From Owenia fusiformis (Eukaryota): a DNA stretch of 64,000 nucleotides. This document shows, one piece after another, positions 27,409 through 41,400 of this stretch (position 1 is its first letter; every line of letters starts with the position of its first letter). Where the stretch lies: NCBI GenBank assembly GCA_903813345.2, contig CAIIXF020000001.1, forward strand, positions 26,412,001 to 26,476,000. The letters run 5' to 3'. A program made the position numbers and the translations under genes. The notes beneath the pieces are model-generated. The model searched no databases. It worked only from the letters and a program-made list of their open reading frames with translations, and had not been told where the DNA came from.

Positions 27409-30400
27409 TCAACCGTTTATCACACACTTTACAAATTCTGAAAGTACAAATTCAATAATCAGTTAAGTTAGCATTTAGAAGTAAAATTAATTAAAAACAA
27501 ATAATTAAAAACAAAAAAACTTTGTCTTTTGCCCACTTCACCCAATGGTCTATTTATAATATTTGCCGCTCTTATTGTACAAGAAAGTTATCCTTAATTT
27601 AAGGTTGTAACAGAACAAAAATAATTAAATATTATACAGCTAAATAAAACAGAGTTTCATGAAGCGGAAATTTTTTATAATGAATTTCATTTTAAGGTCA
27701 AATGCATCAAAAAGCCTATTATATCTAGAGGTATTCTACATAAACATTGGTTAATGCACACAACAAAGTAAACCGAAACCTTTCAATTAAAGATAGAATC
27801 AAAAATTATACATAGGATATCAATATTTTTTTGATAATTGTTAGTTTTGAGGTTTTCTAATACACTGTACTTCCATTTACGCTTATTCATTTTAAACAGC
27901 ATACTTTACCTTCATAATTTATATTGCCCTGTGCATCTTCATGTCCAGTAAGTAAATGTTCACATTCTTCATCTGTCAGTTTCTCGCCTATAAAGAAATA
28001 CATGGTTACGACCAGCTATAAATAAACAGTATACATCTGTCACTTAATAATATAACCCATTGTATTTTGATAATATAACCCATTAAGGTGCTGTGTACAA
28101 CATGAAGTACAAATAAAATATTGACATTAAAAATGAAATAAAAATATATGTCTTATTATCATAAATTGCATGTCATAAATTGCAAGTTTTAACTCCATTT
28201 GGCAAAGATAATCAGTAAATTTAACTCAAGAAAAGTAGGAGAATAATAAGAGAAGAAAAATAAGGTATCCAAATAATTTACAACAACGTCTATATTCTTC
28301 AGGCACTTATAGGCTACTGGGTTTTAGTTACCGCTCCTTTAAGCCCATCGAAACGTAGCAAGTAGGTTTAATATTTGGATAAGTCAAGCATAAATTATCT
28401 AGATATCATTCACAACTATCCAGGGGGAAGAAACTTCATAAAGTTAAGAATTCGTGAAGTCCATTGTTCTCTAACTGTGACGTCATTATATCTGTGACGA
28501 AGTCACAGTTGAATTCACTGGTCACTCTACTTATTCCACTGTACATCAGTTAATGTCATCATGATCTTTCCATGTATACATGTTTATGAATATTGCGTTA
28601 TTTTTATTATGGGATCTGCCAGTTTAATATTTGTATTACAACAGTTGTTTGGGTAATCTTTGAACTTAGAGTAATATTTTGTAGTACTAACCATTTAATT
28701 TCTTATATTTTAGCTTCAGATTGAAGTAGTTTTTATGTGTTACCAAATGGGATAAGATTTTTAACCAATTAAATGACAGAATTCGTGTTAAGATAAAAAT
28801 GACAGACAATGATATATGATGAGAAACTTTGCAATGTTTTCTTTCAATGTTTATATGTTTTCATAATTGTTGGCAGAACAGTGAAAAATACAAGTTTTTT
28901 ATAAATAAAGTAAAAACTCATTAGCCTTAAAGATCTTGAACATAACTAACCAAAACCTATATATTAGTGTATAAACTTTATAAATGTATATATCTATATA
29001 ATCTGTATCACATTACATTAATAACTGTGTACTTTTTAGTATGTAAATGTACATAAAAATACTTGTTTCGGACTTTAATGAACTAATAGGTTAAATGAGA
29101 TAATTGGATTGTACATCCAGAGTTCACGGGACGAGATTCAGAGGTTTTGTCTAGGCATTCCTTTCCCACCAAATTCTGCCAAATTCTCAAACTTTCAGTA
29201 AACATCCAAGATTTGTGGGCAGAAAATCATCACTATTCCTTATTGACTTTCTATAAAATTAAACATTCATTTTTCGGCCAATTTTAGTTAATGAGATTTC
29301 TTCATATTTTATTGGATAAGACCTCTTATTTCGGCTCTGCCCACCTCAAAATTAACATTATAAAAGAGGCATTTTTAGCATTGAAACCTCAGATTCTCGT
29401 TACGTGAACTCGGACCGAGCAACAACTGTAAGTAACAACTTGAATTTATATTTTGGACTTAAACTTTTTCTATAATAAATTAATATTTTAAATTACATTT
29501 GGTTTCATGTTTTGTAAAAGATAGAGAGGCTCAACTTCGCCACATATCCATGGTAACAACAATTGATTTACGAATTCGTAACTTTATGAAGTTTCTGTTA
29601 ATGACCCCCAGATGAACATATTTCATAAGAAAAATAAGGATTTCATACCTAAAGAACACAAGAGATGTCTCAATTCAGCTACACTGATGAAACCATTTTG
29701 TTCTTTGTCAAACACTTTGAAACCCTCAATGAAATCTGTTTCAGTCGGGACATCTTTGCTTTTGCTCAGAGTTTGGAAGATTGGCAGGAATTGTTCGAAA
29801 CTGATTCTGTAATCTGAAAAGTAAAAAATAGAAAGTGAACTTTCTCAGTACAAATGTACTAACATTTGCAATTGAAAAATCATAAAATGTACTTCTACAT
29901 GTACTTAATTTGGCACTTCTTATTTTCGACGGATTTGCTGTTTTGAACAGTTGGTGGACTTCTAATATTACAATGTACTAAAATTATCGGGAAATTTGGC
30001 AGCTACTTAAATTGACACTTTAACAGTTTGGCGGATCCACCAAATTAAAACGGCTGCCAAATTAAGAAGAAGTACAGTAGTTGAAATGTCAAATGAAACA
30101 CAGTATTCTATAAGCTTCAATCTATTTTCTCTCACTATAGCCAGATGGAGCTTTTTTGAACAGAAAATCAGAAACAAATTCTTAACATTTCAATCCCCTT
30201 TACTTTGGCACCATTTTGTAGTATTCAAGTAGATTATTTAAACTTCCCTAAATAGATGATAAAACCACAATGGTAGCCAAAATGAGTTGAGTTGATCATA
30301 CACCTCTAATACATATAGTCCCATGCCTAAGCTATAATTCCACCGAGCATACTCACAACTATGATGTCATGAGCTTGAATCAGTAAATAAATTATTAATT

Positions 30401-32398
30401 TCTAACTGAATGTAATTTTGGAAGCAATGGATAACAGTTTAGTATATTCTCAATCAATGTTAACTAAAGCTCTAAAATCATGCACTATAATCGTGAAACC
30501 AGGACAGTAAATTTATTTTGTAACAAAAATTATGAACTGAAACTGCAACATCAATTTAATTTACATTTTTAGCTATTTTGCAAAAGTAAATCATACACTC
30601 AAGCATTATTTTGTATTAAAACTCTAAAATGAAAATGTACACAATCAATTGCTGTGTTAAATCTGGTCCATTTATTGATCAAATATATTCAAAACCAGTC
30701 ACATGATAGCATAAGTTCACACAATATTAATTATTCAATAACAGTCACACAATAACACAATCACCAGGATCATCAGGTATTGGCTTGAAGACCCGTTTAC
30801 TGCTCCCTTGTAAATAAAACAACACAAAATACTCTTTGTGTATAACTTTATTCCCGTAGCTTGTACTATTCCATCACTTAAGCATGATAAAGAGGGATGA
30901 ATCAGAATGCTTTCTTACTGATTATAATACTTGTCCATTTCATCTCTTTAATTATAAGTTATTTTAATTTGGTGTGTTCTTAATTCACATTATCTGTAAA
31001 AGTGGCCAATTAAAATCTTTGCCTAAAACCAATGTATCATATTGTCCTATCATATGTTAATAGGACAATAAGATACATACGTTTTCTCAAAATCTGCAAA
31101 ACTAAGTATCTTTAAAATGAATGCTCTAAAAGAGATATATTCGCAATATTAAATATGACTTAATTAAACTAACTTATGATTCCATTAATAAGACCAAATA
31201 GAGCTTTTAAAAAGGCAACAAGTCAGATGACTTTACAAAAATAAAAAAAATAAAAAAAATCCAAAATTATGACAATAATTTAAAAGCTACCAAAAATTCA
31301 TCTCTACCCTTTGTTACACCCAATGTACAATATGACATTTACCTGGGTCTTGTCCATAACCACATTTCTTCACCTCTGCTTCAGTAGGATTGAGACCCAA
31401 TGATCGCAGGACATCACCAAGAGATGAGGCAAATATCTTCCCATCTCCCCTATTGTCAAACAGGGAAAATGTTTCTTGAAAGTCTGAAAATGAAGACAGA
31501 TTTAAGATTATCAGTCGTTTACAGATGTTCTTTATCCTTGTCAGTGAAATACCTTCGCATGTGTTTATAATGCAGGTATTGAACAAGTAATGTTATACTG
31601 TCCTTGTATAAGCATTCTATCGTATAGTAGACAATTCGATACTTCTACCATAAATGTAAGATAATGTTGGCTTTCTAAATGTTAATCAAGCACTTTTACA
31701 AACCCAAGCTTCAACAACTAATTGTTCCCTATGTTCAACAGTAACAAAGGTATACAGTAGAATTAATTTGAATGGTGCTTCTCCCAAATCTATGAGCATA
31801 CATGCATGGACTTTCTATTGAAAGCCCATGATACATGTAATTTCCTGACAAGATCTGGACAAGTTACAATTAAAGCTGTAAATCAAGGGGTTCCAAATTG
31901 GAAAATCTGATATGAAAATGATACGAAATGTAAACAGCATATTCAATGGAATGTCCTATTCATCAATGATTCAGTCAAGAGGAAATAAAGTACATCTTGA
32001 CATTTGAATTGAAGGGTTATTTGGGGTCAAATATTTATATGAGAAATGAAGTGAACTATAGTCTATATGCCCATACACATCATTTATCAATTTCCCAAGC
32101 TTATATTGAATTAGTGTAGACAGTCAAATTAACAGATATGGATTATAACAGGTTTTTGTTTTCAGAAGGTGTGGTTCAAATCCTAAAAATATTTGATGAA
32201 AATTTTCAACTGACATTCAAACTTCAAACCCAGTTTTATACCTTATAACACAAAATTTTCTTACCTGCTATTTGATCGTCGGCGAATCGAGACTACAATA
32301 AACAAGAAAAATATAGTTAAATTTATATAAATGGGTGATTTCAACGTTTAAATCGATAATAATTGAGAGAAATTTTCATTTCCTGGTTCACTCACCAT
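27409..32398 (-). CDS. Myosin essential light chain, non-muscle type (MYL6/Mlc-c-like), 147 aa
   Basis: [27 protein letters not shown]...[17 protein letters not shown]...[36 protein letters not shown]...[15 protein letters not shown]. Exons 32396-32398 (ATG only), 32265-32292, 31343-31483, 29649-29813, 27910-27987, 27409-27437; total 444 nt. Confidence 0.93.
29116..29414. mobile_element. Small MITE
   Basis: GAGTTCACGGGACGAGATTCAGAGGTTT is inverted to AAACCTCAGATTCTCGTTACGTGAACTC. Confidence 0.55.
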
Positions 32399-32477
32399 TT
32401 TTAGCTATTTCCGGTGAGATGCATGATGGGATAGAGTCGCTCTTTAATCTTTGGACTCGGAGGTAAAAAAGTAAAAA

Positions 32478-35400
32478 ATGTCACAAAATATTCACCCAGA
32501 TTTGCAAAAGGAGCGCAATGGGAGCTCCTTCGACAAAGAGAGACTCATAAACATAATAGATGGAGGGAAGGATAAGACAGAGAGACGCAGGGAAATAGGT
32601 AATAGAATTTTCTATTGTAAATTATGAATAAAAAAGCCTCAAAGGCAAAGTTGGAAAATTGGATAATTTCTTCAGTTCAAGTTCATTATCAATGTTTGTA
32701 ATTGTATTGAGTTGTTTGCATAATAATTATATCAGTTTTATGTCATGATCATAAGTCCATCCATATAACTCAGTGGTAGCGCATGTACCTCTTACGCAAT
32801 AGGTCCCGGATTCGATCCCCGGTTTGCTAGGTTATCACGTGCCAGGACTATGTTCTAGTCTATATATATTATAAAGGGATAACTTCAGGGTGTTTGACTG
32901 AGTGGTCCACAACTCGTACACTCGTAATGTTGGATATACCCAAAAGGTATTGCTCACCTTATTGGTGGTAAACAAAATACAATACAATACCATGGTATAT
33001 ATGATGGTCACTTTTTTTCGAAGGCAGAACTCTTTGTTCATTGTATCATATTTTGACCATTCATATTCGGCAAGTCGTCAAGGCAACTAGCCTTTAGTAA
33101 GTGTAAGTCATCATTAGATGCAATTGTAAATTGAATTAATGATTGATCATAATCCTTGAGAACATATATCCTACAGCGCTTCGACGACATATTTTTTATA
33201 ATCTATTCAATGTAAATATTGTTTCCAATAATGAATCAAGAAGTAACCTTACTCCAAGTCACTCATTTGTATTTTTCAGTGAGATTTTCACTAGATTATC
33301 TTGTTGAATTACTAAGCACCTTGATGTAACAATATTACACCTTGAAAGTCTCATTGATATAGAAATGCATATGATTCTAAACAGATATAAAGTACCTGTA
33401 CTGGACCAGCAACATTCTTAGTAAAATGCACCAACATTTTAGAGACAAATATTTTTAGACATTTGTAAACTTAAAATAGTATCACATATTAGGACTATAA
33501 CATCCTCTTTTGTAAAGTGTTACACCATGCCTATTTTTGGATCATAGCTTATGCGCCTGAGTATATTCCCAGAAATGTTAGGGTATTCTTCAACTTCAAG
33601 AATTTAAAAAGGTTTGAATTGTGGGGTTATCAAATGTTCTGTATGTCAAAATTCCCAATCAATTTGTCTCTGATCAAATATACATAGAGGTTCTTATATG
33701 AGTACCTGTGCAAGATCGTCCATTCTTGATGAGCTTTGATAATTCTTCTTTATCGAGTCGAAGACGAGATAAAGAAACATTATCAAAGCGAGTCAAGAAT
33801 GGACGATCTTGCACAGGTACGAGTACAAGAAAGTTTTTCTCATATGACTCTGTATTATGCCATATTTTCACCATTTTATCATAAAACTTAGTGAAAAATA
33901 ACTTCAAATTAATTGAACTTCATCTTTCAATTGTTATGACGTCATAACAATATTGAAGAAAATACATAGATACACGTGGCAACATAGCTCCATTGTTATG
34001 ACGTCACAGCTTAGTTTTGTAGAATTAGCATGGATACTCATAGCAACGGTGTGTCCGTTGCCATGTTGATGATGTTTATAGACCAGTGATGTCACAAGTA
34101 AATCTCATCTTGCACGTGTGACTTTTTAGGATGAAAGATGGCAATATCTTGCATGGGGTAAAGATGGCTGTATCTTTGTTAGTCATATGAGAAACTTCAA
34201 TCATGTGTATGCATACTGTAGAACAAGTAAAACAATCTCAGCTTTCTAATTCCTGCCCTGTCAACCCTCACGCATTAGGCGTGATTGTCACGCATTTGCT
34301 GGAAAAATAGAAATCATACATCAATAACGCAAATGCGAGTAGGTAGTTACCAGTTTCACCACCAGGTGGCTCGCTCGGGTCAGATAGCATGGCGGGTATA
34401 GCAGAAAGTTTCCTTTAACTTAAATTACATAGGTTTTAGTGGTTCAATTTTCATATAGCCCGTATGTATCAAATAGTTATGCAAATTAAAGTATGTCCAG
34501 TAAAAGAAAATGTTAGATGTCCAATACAAGGAAAGATATTTCACTTTTTGTGATTTTATAATATGGGGTCTATGGAGAATCAACCCGAGCTAGAAGTCAC
34601 ATTTTCAAAAAGTATTAAATTTTCAAAGTTGATAAACAATTTTCGAAACCATATTTTTAGATGTATTGTTACATGCAGATTTCAAATATGACATCACTTT
34701 GACTGAATTTTAAATATTTAATGACGTAAATCAAGATCATTTCTACTCGCATCTAGTCTATTTAGCATGTATGATCAAATATCACGCAAATCACGCATTT
34801 TGTTGAAATTTTTAAAAATCGTTTTTTGTGAAATGCCGACACGGTAAAATACCGAACGGCGAAAAAAGTGAACGCATTCCGTTCGGTCTTTGCACGTGAT
34901 TGCCGTTTATGTCACGCATTTGGTACAAAATATGTGTATATATCACGCATTTGTTTCGATCATATGTCACTCATGTTAGATGGTCCCAAGTTGACAGCCC
35001 TGTAATTCTGATCATAGCTTGCAAATCATATTATATACTGTACGTGTATGGATCTCTTCTTGTTTAGATAAGTATCCAAAATGGCACATAAGAAAATGTT
35101 GGATAATTCATGACAAGATGCTCAACATGTTTAGTTCCAGTTCTTCTTTAATAACACCCTGGGCATTAAACCAAGAGTTACTTCCTGGGATGATATTCCA
35201 AAATATGGGAAATTGTACAAAGGTATAATTCTTATTTATAGAATTTTTTTTGAAGTTTTTTATCAAAGACTGTATACACCATGATTAACCCCACACCACT
35301 TACATGTACCTCGTCTGATTTTATTTGCCATGTCAAGGTTTTTAATGCATGAGTTGAGGAAACAAGAAATAACCATAATATTATTATTACTTATTTAAAT

Positions 35401-38400
35401 GTGTTTGGTTCTTCACATGACATATAAACTCATTCTCGGGTCTTACCCACAAAATACCCACTTTTCATTGGTCCAGATTGTTGAGCATGTTAACTCTCTT
35501 AATTGATTGATAATCTCTTCTTAGGTATGCTTTTGTATACATGCCTGTTCAAATGTTCATGTTAGAGGTCAATGTACCATAGATGAGCTAACAGCTTGGT
35601 ATGACTACATGTATTTATATCTTCACTTGAATGACTATTTATATCTTCTCTTTGAAGAGAGAAGACATAAAAGACAGATCACCATACCATCTTCATGTTG
35701 ACCTAGTTCTCTATAATTATAGCTATTGTGCTATCTAATTGCTGTCTGATGATATTAATTGGTATCATCTAATGAGGTGACATACTTTCCCATAAATAAA
35801 TGTATGAAATGATCTCTCATTTATCTTTTGAGAATAAATTCACTCCATATATCTACACTACTGACTTTAAGTCCCAAACATGTATATTGTTTGACAGTGT
35901 TAAAATCTGGGGCTTGAACTTCAAAATTGACTCTTATCAAAGTGCAAGGACATAAAGTAGATACATCTGAAGAGTGCCAGTTATCACGTACTTCATGATT
36001 TTAATGAACCAGTTGTGTTTTCAATAAGTATAGCCTAATTAAATTCAAATCATGAAATAGCAATTCTAGATTAGAAATCTCTTGAATTTTGGTTGTAGAA
36101 ATTTTCTGCTAAATATTAAGTATACCCTCAATGTAAAGTTTACTCACTTTGAAACACTCAAGACAAATCTTTACTTTATGATGCCATTGCCTAAGCAAGT
36201 TGATTAGGCTATCATTTGTCTTAGAATTGTTTTGCAACTACAAACAATTTGGCCTTAGAATATTTTGATTCCTCTATATTTCATTTTGATCTTGAAATTC
36301 CTCTATTTTCAGAAAAAATAGTTCTCGATGATCCAGTTTACGACCACAAAAGCACAGCCTTTATGGGGCGTGATGAATTATATACAAATTCACTCAGAAA
36401 GGCTGCCCATATGTCACAGAAAATGCAAGAACTGAATTTACTGAATCCAGATGACTTTATGTACTATTCCAAGTAAGTTACTGCAGTAATATACATGTAC
36501 TTGTATATAGTACAGTGATGTATCCAGCATTACAAAAAGTTGAGAAATCTAAAATTACTTTGTACACAGTGAGTTGAATATCTGTTAAAAAGTTTGTATC
36601 CAAGTGTATGGAAAATGTGTTTCGACTAATTTGGGATATTCCTCAGCCAGAATTAAAAAGTTGCTCCCATTTAAAAAGAAATCTTTGTGTTAAGTAAGAA
36701 TACACAGCTTAGCAGCACGGGCCACCAAACAAGTGAGTAAGAATTGAAAAATATGATATATTTTATTATTTTCAGCATGGCAATGCCCCATGAAAGTTCA
36801 CCGATGGCACTACATACAGCCATGTTCTTGCCTACCCTGCTAAACCAATGCTCCCCTGAACAACAGGAGAAGTGGCTCTGGAAGGCTGTTGGTCATGAGA
36901 TTATAGGGACATATGCACAGACAGAAATGGGCCATGGTAAGTTTTGACAGAGTAGGCATCAATGAAATTCAAGGTTATCAAAAACATTTGAGCTGTTTTT
37001 ATGAAGTATTAAAGGCATTCTATATAATACTTATCTTTTTTACTTTTGAGCAATACTTCTTAGCATAGACATTCTATGCATTCATACACCTTTCAAAATG
37101 TTGCATTTCTTGAAATAACCATCCATCTTCAGTATTAATGCTTTTGAAAGTCAGACAATTCACTTGTCATGATTTAGGGGGGTCTTAATTCTTAACTTCA
37201 TACTGTATTCTTGCATCGTACATCACTATGTCAACCCTTTTTACCCCAAGACCACAGGTAATACAGAACAATGGTACATAAGTAATATTTCTGTCAAATA
37301 TGAAAGATTGCTTCTCTTTAGAATTCTAAAACAAAAGATTATTAAATAGTGTTGTGAGTATAATCTTGAAAATTTTCGCTTTCCTCCAGGGACTCATCTG
37401 AGAGGCCTAGAGACCACAGCTACATATGTCCCAGAGACAGATGAGTTTGATCTGCATAATCCCACCCTTACATCTACAAAATGGTGGCCTGGCAATTGTA
37501 AGTACTAAGTGCACATACATATGTAGATGTACCTTTTTGTTTGTAATTCAGGTAGATTTGTTCGCAACTTATATTTGCTTGGTTTGATCAATAGACATAC
37601 AGTAAAAATAGATATGCGCTATGTTAGAATTACAGATATATTTTCAAAATTTTTACATCTCCCATGAAGTTTTAATGCAATGGACCTTTGAAAGTTACAT
37701 GTATTATTGCTTGATTGTGTCCCAGCAATATTCACTGTTCTGGTTTTTACTGTTTTTTTTACTGTTGACAATATATTAAATATTAAACATAATGAGTAAG
37801 TGATATGTATGTATATTTATTTATTTAAGTGCCTCGTATAGATACCCAGCCTATTTTAGGCTTATGGGGCACATTGTACAATATATTTGAAAACAATATT
37901 ATAAGATTAAATCTTTAAACAAAGCTTGCTCTTTTGATAAGAGCAGCATTCAGGAATTTTCCAGTATGGCGCACTAATCTAAAATCATGTAATAAATCTT
38001 TCAAAAGTTCATCATCAATAATAAGTTCCTGTTTTTGTAAAATACGTTTAACAGACAAAAATAAGTCATCTCGTAAGTTGTTATATGATGGGCATACTAG
38101 TAAAAAGTGGAACTCGTCCTCAATAATGGATATATTATCATTCTTACAATGTAAGCAAAGTCTCTGGTCAACTGGGATGGATCTATATCTTCCAGTCTCC
38201 AGCATTAATGGTAGTGTGCCTGATCTTGCTTTTGCAAGCAATGATCTGAATGTTCTTGGCAAACAGTTTTTGACATAATCTTCTGTTCCAAATGATGTTT
38301 TAAATGTCCTATAAGTCCTTAGTTTTGGCATATTGGCGATATTAAGTTTCCATTCTTCGATGTATCATTGTAGTTCCACTGTTTTAACAGAATCGAGGAT

Positions 38401-41400
38401 GAGTGAACTATCTCCAAAGTGTCTTGTTTCATATTCTCTTAGCAAATTAGCAGATATAAATATTTCTCTGACATCCTTGCACCAACATTTGTGTCCTAAG
38501 ATAGTATTTTCATAATCAAAGTCGAAAATTCTTCTAGTTAGCCTATCTCTAGGCATTTTGCTCAGTCTAATAAAGAGTCTCACCATCTCTAATCGGTGCC
38601 TTATGTTAGGCGGTATCCATCCCATATCACCGTAAATTGCTGGAAGGGGAGCGTATTTGCCCAGGCCAAGAAATGTTCGCATTGCTCGATTTTGTACTAG
38701 CTGTGGTTTGCTAAATTCCTTATATCCCCAAACTCCTGATCCATAGTCCATGATTGGGGTAATTGCACTGTCGTATATCTTAGTATATGTACTGAAGTTT
38801 AATCCATTTATGGAAAAATGTTTGCTGATAAGTCCACCAAGTGCACGACCGCTGGATTCAGCTAATGTTGTTGCAGTTTCGGTGTAGTCCAGTGTCTCGT
38901 TTAAAATAAGACTGAGATAACGGTACGATTTTGCTATCACTAAATTAGAATTTCCAAACTTGAAGTTAAAATCAGTTTTTGACCGTGTAGCCCGTCTGAA
39001 ATGTGTTACTTGGGTTTTCTCTGTATTTACAGATAGACGCCATTTCGTTGTCCATACGTACATTGTATCTAACATTAATTGTAAATCCTGTTCCGTTGGC
39101 GCAATGAACACCATGTCGTCCGCGTAAAGCAGAGTTGAAATATATTCATCGTTAATCCAAATTCCATTATTAAGACCTTTTAAAATATGTGAAACAAACA
39201 TATTGGACATTTTGACATAGCAATTGACCTTTCCTATAAATTCTGCCACCTTTTGCATGGTCAGATTTCTGCCTACAACCAATGAGATCAATTTAGCCGA
39301 TACTGTGTGGTGTATCATAGTTTCTCTGGTATATCACATCTTCGCACGAGAACGCTCAGTCTTCACTACGTTCATCTGACAGGAGCCGAGTGATGAGTAT
39401 ATCAAAAGCTGGCAGGGTTTAATTGGAAAAGTCTATTGATAACAATTTCTTGCATTCCAGTGGGTAAGACTACCAACTTTTGTGTGCTGACAGCTCAGCT
39501 GTGGATCAAGGGTAAATGTTATGGTACACATAACTTCATGCTCCAGACCAGAAGTCTAGAAGATCACACTTCTCTGCCAGGTAAATTTTACCCTATTCAA
39601 GAGTGCATTTGTATCACACTCTCTTTTAACACTCTGAAATTGGAAAACTAATCTGAGTTGGTTGTTGCTCTGAGTCACAATTTTGGTATATTTAGATGAA
39701 TTAAATATTACATGATAAGCATTACTCTGTGGTTCTCTCTGATTCTGTTGAACGACAGAGTAATATTTGGAATTCATATTTGATCATAGTCAGAGGGGTC
39801 AGTGAATCAGCCAGTAGCTCAGGCTAGGTAAATATGAAACAGAACTTTTATAACTGATAAATGTAAGAGTGCACAAAGAGCAACATTGGAACGATACAAA
39901 AGAAATATTAGCCCCTATAAACCATGCTTCAAATATTTCTTACATGAGCTATATACGAGTATGAATAAACGTAAGTTTGAAGAAAATTGTATTAATTAAA
40001 ATACAAGTATGTGTATATAACAATCTAAATAATAAACAATGCATATTTTAATACCTTTTTTTAGGAATAACATTAGGTGACATTGGACCAAAGTTTGGCT
40101 ATTTGTCCAATGACAATGGGTTCATGAGATTGAATCATGTACGGATCCCAAGAACCAACATGCTCATGAAGCATTCCCAAGTATGTTCCCTTAATTGTCA
40201 TGTTGTAGTTATACCTTCAGGTTGATATATTTAGATACCATTCTTGTATTAATGGTTGATACAATTTATTAAACATTATAGGACACTCATTTGAATTTAA
40301 AGAAATTCCATAAAGTATTTTTAAGTTGTAATACTACTAATTTGATACTTTACTTTTGTAACACCCTGTTTTCTTGAAACTATACATTTGAATCAAATTT
40401 TGGTGACAATATACAATACAGCTTAATTTATTGTATTTACAATAGGTCTTGGCTGATGGCACCTATGTGAAACCTGCTAGTTCAAAACTATCATATGGAA
40501 CAATGGTCTTTGTTAGAACGATGATAGTTGCAGAGACATCAAGAAGCTTAGCAGAGACAGTTACCATAGCAACACGGTATAGTGCCATTAGAAGACAAAG
40601 TGAAATCAAACCTGGGTAATTATAATTTCATTTCTTTAAAGTGTAACTGTTATCATCAGTCAAATAATATTCAAGTCAATCGAAAGAACAATTTCTTCCA
40701 GAATTAGTTATTACTTGAGATTGACTTGATATTCATACAATGAACAACTATAGATATGTTATAGACATCATCAGAATACACAGATAACTTTTCACTTTCT
40801 AATATGGTGCAATGAGGTGGTAACAGTGAAATGATGTTGCAGTATAGTTTACCATAGTTGTCAGCTGTCACAAAATTCCACTAGATGCAGACATTTTCTC
40901 CATTTTAACCAGTATTTTGCTTCTATGAATCTAGTTAATTCTGTTGTTACAGTGATCCAGAGCCTCAAATCCTTGACTACCAAACCCAACAGTTCAAGTT
41001 GTTTCCACTACTTGCCACCAGCTATGCCTTTGACTTTGCTGCCAAGTTCATGAGGGCAAACGTTTCCTCCATTTTAACCAGTATTTTGCTTCTATGAATA
41101 TAGTGAATTCTGTTGTTATAGTGATCCAGAGCCTCAAATCCTTGACTACCAAACCCAACAGTTCAAGTTGTTTCCACTACTTGCCACCAGCTACGCCTTT
41201 GACTTTGCTGCCAAGTTCATGAGGGCAGACATTTTCTCCATTTTAACCAGTATTTTGCTTCTATGAATCTCGTTAATTATGTTGTTACAGTGATCCAGAG
41301 CCTCAAATACTTGACTACCAAACCCAACAGTTCAAGTTGTTTCCACTACTTGCCACCAGCTATGCCTTTGACTTTGCTGCCAAGTTCATGAGGGCCAAGT

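Noticed and set aside
32757-32830. Possible tRNA gene
   Set aside because: A and B boxes are present but the acceptor and anticodon stems do not pair; treated as a SINE head.
36473-37389. Mutually exclusive duplicate exon 3, as in vertebrate ACOX1
   Set aside because: Only one exon-3-like sequence (36776-36936) was found.
38333-38367. Programmed frameshift or readthrough between the two LINE ORFs
   Set aside because: Both ORFs are in the same frame; a single nonsense mutation is the simpler explanation.
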